DNA from: Deltaproteobacteria bacterium
Lineage (GTDB): Bacteria > Myxococcota > JACPTQ01
Direction: 5' to 3'
DNA length: 64,000 nt
Assembly (NCBI GenBank): GCA_016192705.1
Contig: JACPTQ010000072.1
Location: 6,611-70,610 of the forward strand
Below the pieces are notes generated by a model. It worked only from the letters and a program-made list of their open reading frames with translations, was not told where the DNA came from and searched no databases. Shown piece after piece: positions 20,809-31,200 of the stretch. Made by a program: the position numbers and the translations under genes. Numbering within the stretch: the stretch's first letter is position 1; every line of letters starts with the position of its first letter.

Positions 20809-21952
20809 TCACCGCTTACCGATCGATTGGTTGAGTTTCATGATCGGCAAGACAACCGAAAAAATAATGAACCCCACGACGCCGCCCATCCCCACGATCA
20901 GAATCGGTTCAAGCAGTGACGTCAGCCCCTGAAGCTTCGCGTTCACCTGCGTTTCATAATGGTCCGCAACGTTGACGAGCATCTCCTCAAGCTGCCCGCT
21001 CCGCTCGCCGACGGCGATCATGTGCGTCACCATAGGCGGAAACTGCCCAGACCGCTTGAGAGGCTGCGCGATGCTCTCGCCCTCTTTGATGTTGTTGCGC
21101 GCATCGTCGATGACCGCCTCGAGCACCTTATTGTTCAAAATGTTTTTGACGATGCCGAGCGCCGTCAGCAGTTCGACACCGCTCTTTAGAAGCGTCGCAA
21201 GCGAGCCACCACCAGTCGCGCATGAAGTTCGAGACGCCGATGAGGATTTCCGTGGGCAGCGGTAAGTCGGTTTTGATGTGTTTGAAGATCGACATGAGTC
21301 GCGGCACAAGAACCGTAAACAGCAGCACAACGATGAGGCCGCCCAAAATCATCATGATGATGGGGTAGGTGAGGGCGCCCATCACCTTCGCACGCAGCTT
21401 GACCTGCTCTTCGGTGAAGTTGGCGAGGCGCGTGAGCACGAGATCGAGTGTTCCCGACGATTCGCCCGCGCGAACCATGTTGACGTAAAGCGGCATGAAC
21501 GTCTTGGGGTGGTCGCCAAGCGCGTTCGCGAGCGAGGTCCCTTCGTTGACGCGTTCGCGCACCTGCGCGAGGATCGTTTTGAAAAGTTTGTTGTCGGATT
21601 GATCGACGACAGCCGAAAGGGCCTCGACGAGCGGTAGTCCGGCGCCAAGCAGCGTTGCGAGCTGCCGCGTCATCACGGCGACGTCGCCCGCTGGAACGCG
21701 GCGCCGCTTAAAAGGGACAGAGACCTCGAACTCTTTTTTCGTGAGCGCCGCGAGCAAACCGCCACCCGCACCCGCCGCTCCAGCAGCCGCCCTTGCGCGG
21801 CCGCCGCCCGCACCCGCCGCCTCGGAAACCGCCGTCAAGAAAACGCCGTCCTTGCGCAGCACCTGCCTTAGCGCGCGCGCCGACTCAGCATCGCGCACCC
21901 CGGCGATCGCCTTTCCCTTTTCCGTCAACCCTTTGTATTCAAAAACTGGCAT
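20809..21952 (-). pseudogene. gspF: Type II secretion inner-membrane platform protein F, with an internal deletion and frameshift near 21202
   Basis: Frame A runs MPVFEYKG...RQLATLLGAGLPL...MRDWWWL; frame B runs LATLLKSGV...GERSGQLEEML...LLEP; the segment normally joining them is absent. Confidence 0.88.
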
Positions 21953-22030
21953 TCAGTTCTTCTCAGTGTCTTCCTCTGTACCTTTGTGTCTCTGTGGTTG
22001 CATTTTCTTCTTCTTGTTCTTCTCTTCTGC

Positions 22031-23776
22031 CTACGCAACATCCTCCTGCGTCACGCGCATCACCTCCGAAATCGTCGTCACCCCCTGAACGACCTTGAGC
22101 AGCCCGTCGTCGCGCAGCGTCCGCATTCCACGCTGGATGGCGAGCTTCTTGATGGTGTTCGAGTCGAGCTTTCGCCGTGTCATGTCGCGCACGTCGTCGT
22201 CGATCATCATGAGTTCGTAAATCCCGACGCGCCCCACGTACCCGGAGTTAAGGCAAGCGGGGCAGCCTTTCTCACGAAACACCGTGAGCCCGGCGCTTTG
22301 ATTGGGATCGAGCCCAAGCTCGACGAGCTCCGCTTCGCTCGGCTGATACGGAACGCGGCACGCTTTGCACACGACGCGCACGAGGCGCTGCGCCAAGACC
22401 GCGAGAAGCGACGACGACAACAAGAACGGTTCAACGCCCATATCGATGAGTCGCGTGAGCGCCCCTGGCGCATCGTTCGTGTGAACCGTTGAAAAGACGA
22501 GGTGCCCCGTGAGCGACGCCTGAATCGCAATCTCCGCTGTCTCAAGGTCGCGGATTTCGCCGACCATGATGACATCCGGGTCGTGGCGTAAAATCGATCG
22601 AAGGCCCCCCGCAAAAGTGAGCTCAATTTTTGGGTTCACTTGGATTTGACTGACGCCCTGCAGCTGATACTCGACCGGGTCCTCGACCGTGATGATCATC
22701 TGGTCCTTCGTGTTGATTTTCGCGAGACACGCATAGAGCGTCGTCGTTTTCCCGCTGCCCGTCGGTCCCGTGACAAGCAGAATTCCGTGCGCGCGCTGGA
22801 TGAGTTCCTGCATCACCTTGTAATTGTCTTCCTGGAAACCGAGCGACGATAAATCGACGAGCACCGCCGACCGGTCGAGGAGGCGCATCGTGATTCGTTC
22901 GCCGTGCGACGTTGGCGCCGTCGCGACGCGAATGTCGATGTCTTTCCCCGCGAGTTTTATCCGAATGCGTCCGTCCTGGGGGAGCCGCTTCTCGGCGATG
23001 TTGAGCCCCGCCATGATCTTCACGCGCGACGAGATCGACGCGTGGTATCGCTTCGCGGGGCGCATGATCTCTTTCAACACGCCGTCAACGCGAAACCGCA
23101 CCGAGATGTCGCGCTCCATCGGCTCGATGTGAATGTCGCTCGCGCGGTCTTTCACCGATTGAAAAAGGAGCGAATTCACGAGGCGAATGATCGGCGCCTC
23201 TTCGTCAACGTCGAGAAGGTCTTGCGGTTCTTCGAGCTCGTGCGCGATGTTTTGGAGGTCGGCCCCTTCAAGATCGTCCATCGCCGCGTCGGTAACGCCA
23301 CTCTTCCGATCGAACACGCGGTTGATGGCGTCGAGGATCGTCTGGCCGGCCGCGAGAACCGGGCGCACCTCACGCCCCAAAATCGCGCACAAATCATCGA
23401 GTGGCGCCGTGTCGACCGGGTCCGCGCACGCAACCTCCACCGCTTCATCGACCCAACGCAACGGCAAAACGCGGTACTGTTTCGCATAGTTGATGGGGAT
23501 CGGCCCGACGACCTCCGTTTGAATCGCCTCGGCCGCGATCGCCTCGACAACCGGCAAGTCAAACTGCAGGCCGAGCGCATGGACGACGTCGGCCTCCGTC
23601 ACGGCCTTCATCCCAACGAGCAACTCGCCGAGTCGCCCCCCACGCTCACGCTGCAACGCGAGGGCTTCGTCGATTCGCGCGACCGTCGTTCGCCCGTGTG
23701 CAACCAGAATCTCGCCGAGCGGGCGCCCGACCCAACTTCGTTCCGCGCCCATCGCTCCAACCCGCATCGGCCTCAC
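22031..23776 (-). CDS. gspE: Type II secretion ATPase
   Basis: ASDIHIEP, GPTGSGKTTT Walker A, LRHDPDVIMVGEIRD, TGHLVFSTVH, CxxC pairs. Confidence 0.96.
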   Translation of the reverse strand: MRPMRVGAMGAERSWVGRPLGEILVAHGRTTVARIDEALALQRERGGRLGELLVGMKAVTEADVVHALGLQFDLPVVEAIAAEAIQTEVVGPIPINYAKQYRVLPLRWVDEAVEVACADPVDTAPLDDLCAILGREVRPVLAAGQTILDAINRVFDRKSGVTDAAMDDLEGADLQNIAHELEEPQDLLDVDEEAPIIRLVNSLLFQSVKDRASDIHIEPMERDISVRFRVDGVLKEIMRPAKRYHASISSRVKIMAGLNIAEKRLPQDGRIRIKLAGKDIDIRVATAPTSHGERITMRLLDRSAVLVDLSSLGFQEDNYKVMQELIQRAHGILLVTGPTGSGKTTTLYACLAKINTKDQMIITVEDPVEYQLQGVSQIQVNPKIELTFAGGLRSILRHDPDVIMVGEIRDLETAEIAIQASLTGHLVFSTVHTNDAPGALTRLIDMGVEPFLLSSSLLAVLAQRLVRVVCKACRVPYQPSEAELVELGLDPNQSAGLTVFREKGCPACLNSGYVGRVGIYELMMIDDDVRDMTRRKLDSNTIKKLAIQRGMRTLRDDGLLKVVQGVTTISEVMRVTQEDVA

Positions 23777-26553
23777 TCCTCCCCATCATCGGTGACCACG
23801 AAACCTTCGCGCACCGGCGGGTCGGCCTTCGGATCGGGAACGCCCTTCGTTTCGCCGCCCTTCACGGGTTTGCCGTCCGGCCCAAGCAGCGGCGCTGGGC
23901 CCTTCTTCTTCTTTTTCTTCCCCTTCAGTTCGTCGCGCTTGTCTTGGGCCTCCTTCGCCTCCTTGTCCATCCGCTCCTGGTCGCGAATCGCCTCCTCGAA
24001 CTTCCCGCCGTACTGATTCACCTCTTCGAGCGGCCCGTGTTTTTTCCCGTAGTCGACCGTGAACGGCGAATCGATCCCAGCCTTCGAGAATTTTTCTAAA
24101 AACTCTTGCCGCTCCTGCATTTTCTTCTCGAAGATGCGTCTAAAATCCTGCGGCGTTCGAATGATGTGGGGCGTCAGGAAGATGAGAAGATTGGTCTTCG
24201 CCATCCGATTGTTCTTCTTGCGAAAGAAGAACCCGAGCACAGGGATGTCGCCGAGAATCGGGATTTTCGACGACCCCTCCGAAACGATGTTCTTCATGAG
24301 CCCGCCCACGACGATCGTGCTCCCGTCTTTCACGATCACCGTCGTCTTGACCGTCCGCTTCGTCGTCTTCGGTTGATTCGTCGTCGGCTCGACTGCACCG
24401 AGCTCCGAGATTTCGTTGTTGACGTCCATCGTAACGTACGACGATTCGTTGATCCGCGGCTTGATGCTCAGTTTCAGCGACACGTCTTCGCGGGTGACGC
24501 TCGTCGTAAGGAGTCCCGGCAGTCCTCCGGCGGCTCCGGCGAGCGCGCCGAGACTCGTCGTTGCGCCGCTGATGAACGGCACTTTTTCGCCGACCGTGAG
24601 CTCCGCGTCTTTGTTGTCGGTCGCGAGGATGTGCGGCGTCGACAAGACGTTCGTGTCCTGGTTCGACTGGAGAAACTGCAAAAACGCACCGAACGATGGA
24701 ATCCCGGTGCCGAGGCTAAACGTGCCGGTGGTGCTCGTCGTTGTTGTTGACGAGCCGAGCGCGCCGGTTGTTCCTGGGACGTCGGGTCCGCGCAGAATGG
24801 CGCCGAATCCCGTGAGCGCCGCCGGCGTCAAGAACAGCGTGTCGGCCGGATTGTTCCCAAACATGAGCGGAACGGTCTGCCCATTGACGCTGAAACCCTT
24901 GCCGCCAGTAAACGAAACTTTCTGGTCCTTTTGGCGGTCGATCGCGACCTCCATGATAACCGTCTCAACAAAAACCTGGTTCCGCCGCATGTCGAGTTTC
25001 GCGATGATGTCTTTGAGCGCGCGGTAATCTTTTTCGGTGCCGATGATAATGAGCGAGTTCGTCGCCTTGTCGGCCGTGATCTTGAGCTCGCCCTCGAACA
25101 GGCTGGCGCCGGCAGCCGCCCCTTTTGCGCCCGGCGCTGTTGGCGGCCTCGGACCTGTTTTTGCGCTTCCGGCCGCGAGACTCGCGAGAACGGTCGCCAT
25201 CTCCTCGGCCTCGGCGTTTTCGAGGTAATGAACGCGCACGCGTCCTTCGCCACCCGGGAGCGGAATGTCGAGCTCTTTGATGAGTTGCACAACTTTGCTG
25301 TACGCACGGTCTTGCGCAACGATGATCAGCATGTTGGTGCGTTCATCGGAAATGATTTTCGACACGCGAACATCCTCGTCGGCCTCGGGCGGCAACATCG
25401 CGGGCGTCGTTCCGGGTGTTGGCGGAGGTTGTGGAGCCGGTGGCGGCGGCGGACGACCGGGCGTTGGCGGTGCGTGGGGCGTGACCGGTTGCGCCTGACC
25501 GCGCGGTTTTTTCCCAGACTTGTCGCCAAACAGCTCGTTCAGTTTCGACGCGATGTCGCTCGCCGTTGCGTGCTTGATCTTGCGCAAGAAGATCCGCTCG
25601 CGCCCACCGGTCGGCACGTCAAGCCGTTCGATAATCTTCAAGATGCGTCGAATGTTCGCCGCGGTGTCAGACAGAATCAACGTGTTCGTTGGAGCGTACG
25701 GCGTCAAGTCGGAGCCGCGGCCCTTCAACTTATTGATAACGTTTTGAATCTCGGCGAGCTCGACGTGCTTGACCGGGATAAGCCGCGTCAGGAAGCGGTC
25801 GTCGTCGGGCACCGGTTCCTTGTCGGGCAGCGTCGTGATCGGCATTTGATTCGCGTCGCGCTGCTCGACAAGCTTCAAGTAGTTTCCCGACGGCACGACG
25901 GTGAGTCCGTTCACCTCGAGCGCCGAAAGGAACGCCTTCCACGCCTCACCGATACGAACTTTGCGCGGCGAGAATATTGAAATCTTTCGGCCTTTGACCT
26001 TCTCAGTCAGGATGAAGTTCTTGCCGGTAAGGTCTGAAATCCACTTAACAACCGCCTCGAGATCCTCTTTCGGCAAATCGAAGCTGAACGCGACGTTCTT
26101 CGGGAATTTTGGGTTGTGCTTAATGTTCTTTGGGTAGTCGGTTTCTGGCAGCGGCCCGCCTGACGACGGCGCGGGGATTGGCGGTCCACCGGCCTTGGCG
26201 TCGCCGGGCTTTTTCGCAGGCACTGCGGTTGTTGCGGCCGCTTTCGCATCGCCCTTGCCGGGCCGTGGCGTAAGGCTCCCAGGTTTCTTCAAATCTTTTG
26301 GTGGAACGAGCGGAATAACAGGATCTTTTTTCCTTGTCGCCTCGAGCACGGGCGCTGCCTTCTTCTTAAAACGCTTCCGTGGCCGCGCCGGTTCTTCATC
26401 CTGCGCCTGTGCTGAAATTGAAAAAGCGAGGACGGGGAGTAACCACAGAGGCGCTGAGATTCGGAGATTGGAGGAGGCTGAAAACCTCTTTCTCTTCCGA
26501 CCTCTCTCACTCTGCGTCTCTGTGGTTTCTCTTCTATCTTCCATCTCTCTCAT
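23773..26553 (-). CDS. gspD: Type II secretion secretin
   Basis: N0 domain (ISDLTGKNFI), repeated N domains (DERTNMLII, DKATNSLII), QVFVETVIMEV, KIPILGDIPVLG.FF, IFLTPHII. Confidence 0.95.
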   Translation of the reverse strand: MREMEDRRETTETQSERGRKRKRFSASSNLRISAPLWLLPVLAFSISAQAQDEEPARPRKRFKKKAAPVLEATRKKDPVIPLVPPKDLKKPGSLTPRPGKGDAKAAATTAVPAKKPGDAKAGGPPIPAPSSGGPLPETDYPKNIKHNPKFPKNVAFSFDLPKEDLEAVVKWISDLTGKNFILTEKVKGRKISIFSPRKVRIGEAWKAFLSALEVNGLTVVPSGNYLKLVEQRDANQMPITTLPDKEPVPDDDRFLTRLIPVKHVELAEIQNVINKLKGRGSDLTPYAPTNTLILSDTAANIRRILKIIERLDVPTGGRERIFLRKIKHATASDIASKLNELFGDKSGKKPRGQAQPVTPHAPPTPGRPPPPPAPQPPPTPGTTPAMLPPEADEDVRVSKIISDERTNMLIIVAQDRAYSKVVQLIKELDIPLPGGEGRVRVHYLENAEAEEMATVLASLAAGSAKTGPRPPTAPGAKGAAAGASLFEGELKITADKATNSLIIIGTEKDYRALKDIIAKLDMRRNQVFVETVIMEVAIDRQKDQKVSFTGGKGFSVNGQTVPLMFGNNPADTLFLTPAALTGFGAILRGPDVPGTTGALGSSTTTTSTTGTFSLGTGIPSFGAFLQFLQSNQDTNVLSTPHILATDNKDAELTVGEKVPFISGATTSLGALAGAAGGLPGLLTTSVTREDVSLKLSIKPRINESSYVTMDVNNEISELGAVEPTTNQPKTTKRTVKTTVIVKDGSTIVVGGLMKNIVSEGSSKIPILGDIPVLGFFFRKKNNRMAKTNLLIFLTPHIIRTPQDFRRIFEKKMQERQEFLEKFSKAGIDSPFTVDYGKKHGPLEEVNQYGGKFEEAIRDQERMDKEAKEAQDKRDELKGKKKKKKGPAPLLGPDGKPVKGGETKGVPDPKADPPVREGFVVTDDGEE

Positions 26554-27271
26554 CACACCCACCTTCACTGGATCTGGTAGTTCAACTTCTTTTTCGTGCC
26601 ACCGCCCGAAAGTTCGATCTGAATTGAGCTCGCATCCTTGAGCCGCCGCCACGCGTCGAACGCCTTGTCGGGGCTATCGATGTCCTCGCCGTTTATTCGT
26701 CGAATCACGTCGCCGCTTTTGATTCCAAGCTTCGAAAAAAGACTCTCCGGCCGAACGCTAAACACTTTGATACCCACGGTTTTAGCCCTTTCAAAATAGA
26801 GGGCGACTCGCGGGCACGGCGTGAGTTGGCCCTCTTTGGAGGGTTCGGAAAGCAACTCCTGCCGGGAGATAACGAGATTGGCTTGCGAATCGTTTCGGAT
26901 GGTCTTACGGGATAACGTTTTTGGCAGATGTTTCTTTTGATCTTGTTTTCTCGGTCGCGCCGGTTCTTCATCCTGCGCCTGCGCCGAAAACGAAAAAGCC
27001 AGGACGGGGAGTAACCACAGAGGCCCTGAGATTCGGAGATTGGAGGAGGCTGAAAACCTCTTTCTCTTCCGACCTCTCTCACTCTGCGTCTCTGTGGTTT
27101 CTCTTCTATCTTCCATCTCTCTCATCACTTCCACCTTCACTGGATCTGGTAGTTCAACTTCTTCTTCGTGCCGCCGCGCGAAAGTTCGATCTGAATTGAG
27201 CTCGCATCCTTGAGCCGCCGCCACGCGTCGAACGCCTTGTCGGGGCTATCGATGTCCTCGCCGTTTATTCG
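26384..27271. repeat. Tandem duplication, 572-bp period; near-identical blocks at ~26384-26699 and ~26956-27271
   Basis: Direct comparison; 26700-26890 also aligns without gaps but more divergently to 27272-27462. Confidence 0.92.
26565..27125 (-). CDS. Chimeric ORF: GspD-like signal peptide fused to a diverged GspC PDZ domain
   Basis: N-terminus almost identical to GspD (...LWLLPVLAFSFSAQAQDEEPARPRK); C-terminus LGIKSGDVIRRINGEDIDSPDKAFDAW...LNYQIQ matches GspC. Confidence 0.75.
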   Translation of the reverse strand: MREMEDRRETTETQSERGRKRKRFSASSNLRISGPLWLLPVLAFSFSAQAQDEEPARPRKQDQKKHLPKTLSRKTIRNDSQANLVISRQELLSEPSKEGQLTPCPRVALYFERAKTVGIKVFSVRPESLFSKLGIKSGDVIRRINGEDIDSPDKAFDAWRRLKDASSIQIELSGGGTKKKLNYQIQ

Positions 27272-28102
27272 CTGAATGACGTCTCCGTTCGTGATGCCGA
27301 TCTTCGAATAGAGGCTTCCCGGCCTGATGCTAAACAACTTGAACCCCGCGCCCTTACCCCCTTCAAAGTGCGGGACAATTCGGGCTTCCGTCGCGAGCTG
27401 GTTTAGGTTCGAGAGCCGATTCTGAACCTCCTGACGCGTGATGACGTAATCGCTGTCTGAAAGTTTTTTGATGTTCTTGTCGTCGACGGCGGTTGGTGTC
27501 CCTTCGCTCGCCGAAATCGTTGGCGGCGACGCGGCCGCTCGTGCCGCGCGCGCGCGTTTTGCCTCGTCGTCCATCGCTTCGAGTTTTTCGCGCTTGCCTC
27601 CCTGCTCAAGAATCACAGTGGGTCGCGGCCACCGATCGATTTCAACGATGGTCCACCCCTGAATGGCGCTTCCCATTCGATACAGCTCCGCTTCGGCGTT
27701 TGGAGCGGCTTTGTCTCGAATCGCCGCGAACGACCACGCAGGATTTTGCGCGACGATGGTGCCGACCAACTCCGCGTTCAGCTTGCTGTCTTGAACGTCG
27801 CCTTCCTTTTGTGGCACCAGCGCCGAACCCGCATCGGGCGGTGCTGTCGCGGCTTCGTACGAGTAACTCGAATTGAAAATGTTCGTCTTCAGGAGAGGCA
27901 TCGGATCTTTGCGGACATTTCGCGGCGCGGAAACAACGGGCAGCGGTGCCGGAGGATCGCCCGAAGCTGGCGCCACCGTGAGTGCGCGTTCGATCCAGCT
28001 CGATGCGCCCCAGGAACCGACGAGGGCGCCGAGCGAAACGACGCCGACGTTGACAACCCAAAAGTAGCGCTTAAGAACGGTTTGAAGGGTGGGCAGAGCC
28101 AT
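27137..28102 (-). CDS. gspC: Type II secretion protein C
   Basis: N-terminal TM, NIFNS, HR domain LVGTIV...SFAAI, C-terminal PDZ (GFKLFSIRPGSLYSKIGITNGDVIQRING). Confidence 0.93.
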   Translation of the reverse strand: MALPTLQTVLKRYFWVVNVGVVSLGALVGSWGASSWIERALTVAPASGDPPAPLPVVSAPRNVRKDPMPLLKTNIFNSSYSYEAATAPPDAGSALVPQKEGDVQDSKLNAELVGTIVAQNPAWSFAAIRDKAAPNAEAELYRMGSAIQGWTIVEIDRWPRPTVILEQGGKREKLEAMDDEAKRARAARAAASPPTISASEGTPTAVDDKNIKKLSDSDYVITRQEVQNRLSNLNQLATEARIVPHFEGGKGAGFKLFSIRPGSLYSKIGITNGDVIQRINGEDIDSPDKAFDAWRRLKDASSIQIELSRGGTKKKLNYQIQ

Positions 28103-28243
28103 ACGGGAATTACGGGGAGCAAGCGATGCGCCATCGCGATCCCGACGGAAAACTGAGGAGCATCAGTGACTCTCGGTCCCGAAAGCGGCGGCGCAAATGC
28201 CAATCTGGCAAAGCAAGCCCGTGTCGCCTTTCAACCGTGACAT

Positions 28244-28272
28244 TTAGACAACTCGAAAAAGCGCGCGAATCA
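28244..28272 (-). promoter_or_regulatory. Weaker ECF-like promoter match upstream of gspC: TGATTC-N16-TGTCTAA
   Basis: Same 16-nt spacing and GTCTAA core as the other motif copies; three substitutions versus TGAATA/CGTCTAA. Confidence 0.4.
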
Positions 28273-28277
28273 GAAGT

Positions 28278-31200
28278 CTAAGGAATCCGTTTCACGAAGA
28301 CGGCCGTATTGTTCGAGCATCTCGCCGCTTCAAAGCGCCCCGCGGGAACTCTCTTGCGGTAAACGCCCCATGGATGGTTATCCGACGCGCGATAGATCGT
28401 CCCCACCTTCGTCCAACCGCCGCCTGGAGGCTGACACTTGGTGTGGTCGTACGCATCGGTGTGATAAACGATCGCCGGCTCAGTGAGCGTAAAGACTGGC
28501 GGAACCCCGGAGCCACCCTGAATGAGAACGCTCCCCTCCATTTCCGGGAGCAGATTCTTTATCGGCTCAAGGTTGGAGCGGTAAATAAACTGCCTGCCCA
28601 CCGGATTCTCATGCGGCCCCGCAATCGCCGGCACCACGTCTCGGACGAGTCGGGAAGCGAATCCTGACGGCCACCCCGCTCGCTGCGCCGTGACGCCGTA
28701 CTTAAACTCGCTGAGGTTCGGCTTTTGCGCTTGTTGAAGGTTCGAGAATCTCCCCTCGAGCGAGTTCGCGGAAACCGTGAGCCGGTACCACTGCCACCAG
28801 CCGGGGCTGACCCGACGGAGCTCCAAGACCCGCGTGGCCGGGTCGAAGCTCACCGAGTCGATATTCTCGCGCCCAGCGCCCCCAAAGCGCAGGTCGAGTT
28901 GATACCCGGATCCGGCTCGCGCGATCTCGAGATCGAACCTGTGGTTGTTCGCGTTGCCTTGCCACTTACCCGCGGGGTCGACGACGGGACTCTGGGATGT
29001 CGCGGCAGGCCCTTGTGCCGCCGCACCCGCCGCCTTGACCGCGTCCTCCGCAGCCACGCTGGTGCATTTGACGACGGCGCCGAAGGTTGCGCCCACGTTT
29101 CGCGTGAGGTTGTTCTCACAGCAGTCGGACGCCTTTCTGACGAACGTGTCGCGTCCGGCGCTCGCGACCTTACCGATGGCCGACTTCAGGTCGCTCACCC
29201 CCGGAACACCGCGCATTCGCGCGTCGCCAAAAAACGCATCGACCGCTTTGAGTCCGTCGTCGGCTGACGAAATCGTTCGGTTCAACGCCTTTCGGTACTC
29301 GGAGCACGCAAAGACCTTGAGCGCCTCGCCCGCCGCGGCGTTCAGTGACTCCGCGAGGCACTCGGTCGCATTCTTGAGCATGCCGCTGAAATTGGCGCTC
29401 CCGCCACAGCTCGGCTTGCACTTGGGGTTCGACTCGAGTTCGTTCGCGAACGTCGAAAACCCAGTGTCGGTGAGCGTCGCGACCTTGTCGCGCAAGTCTT
29501 TCGGGAATCCGAGCTTCACGGCGCTCGCAAGCTTTTCGATGTTATCGACGACCGCACCTTTGAGCGTTCCCGAGCGCGCCTCATTCGCGATCCAGCGCAC
29601 AGTGCCGTCGTACGCTGCCGCCGCGAGCGCCGTCCCCGCGCACGATCCGGCCTGGCTCACGAGCGCGCCCCAATCGACGTTCGCCCCGATGTTGAGCTTC
29701 GAGCCGTCGGCGCCGATGCAGCTCTCGAGGCACTGTGACATCGCCGGAATCCCGTACCGTCCGATGTTCGCTCCCACGCCCTTCAGCATGTCTGGCAGGT
29801 TGACGCTTCCCGCGCCCCCGAAGTTAAGCGAAAAATTGAGCCCCGCGTTCTCGAAGAAGCCAGCGAGATTCGCAAACTGCAACCGGAACGTCTCGCCTTC
29901 GCCGCGGGCGGCATCGACGACCTTCATAAGCGCTTCTTTGACGAGCGCGTTTCGGCCAACAATGAGCGCGCTCTCGGCTTCTCGCCTTAGGCACGCGACG
30001 ACGCCGGTCACGAACCGGTCGAACGCGCCCCTCCAATCGTTCCCTTCGAACGCGAGATTTACGCACGCCGCGCGGATCTGAAGGCCGAACTTCTCGACCG
30101 CGGCGCCCGAAGCTTTATCAAGCATTGCGGCCACATTGAAGTCGCCCGGAATCGCCCGACCGAGCGCGCCGAAGAGCGAACTGAGGCCGCCTTTAATTGC
30201 GCCAAAACCAAGACCAGAAAAGGCATCCAGCGCGCCCGCCGCAAGGCCGATTTGTGCCCCAACGCCGAGGCAATTGAAGAGGTTCTCAAGGAACTTTTTG
30301 ATCCCTTCACCCTTGCCAATGTCGCGTGTGACGCTTGAGCAGACCTGACCCACGAATCGTCCAAACACGGCCGCGCCGGCGTCGAGCCCACTCTTCAAGA
30401 GCTCGTCGAGTTTCCCGGGGAGTGCGGGAAACGAAAGCTTAAATCCGCCGAACGAACCCACGAACGCGCCCCAAGCCGCGTCGAGGCCGGACTTCGAGGT
30501 TGCGCCCTTCGCGATTTCAGCGACGGCGCTGACGATGGTCGACTCCTGGAGTGCGTTCAACGCGACGGGTCCGATGCAATCAAAGACCTCCTTCGCGAGT
30601 GCCGCGACGTCGCCACCTTTGAGCTGCTTGTTGCCGCAACTTAGCCGAAGCTCAACGCCAAATCGCCTGCCACTTTCCGTCGCAATCTTGCCCGCGAACG
30701 TCATCAGGTCGGGCGGCATTCCGAGTCCCCACGCGCCAAAGACGTCTCCGAGAAACTTGATCCCGTCGCCGAATCGGTTGGATTCCTTCTCGGCGAAATC
30801 GGCAAGCCTTTGGACCGCGGCCAAGATGAGATCGCCCGGCCCATACTCCTTCTGCTCCGTGATCGCCCCGAGCTTGCGAGCCGCGTCGCGCAGCTTGTCG
30901 AGCGGGATGACCGCGCCGACACCTTTGCAAAGCGCCTTGAGCGGTTCGCTGAGAACCGGTCGAAGGGCGTCGAACGACTGGTTCAAGAGCGGCTTCAGGA
31001 CGAAGTTGCGCACGAGTTCCTTGGCGCCTGGAATGCGGATGTTCACGACCGGGATCGCGGTGCCGTCGAATACAAAGTCGCTGACCTTTTCCGCGATGAG
31101 CGGCGCAAGGAAGGTATCGTGAAGCGCGTTAAGCGCAAAATGAGACAGAACCCCGGCGACCGGGCCGAGAAGGGCGCCGACGCCACCGAGCGTCGCACCT

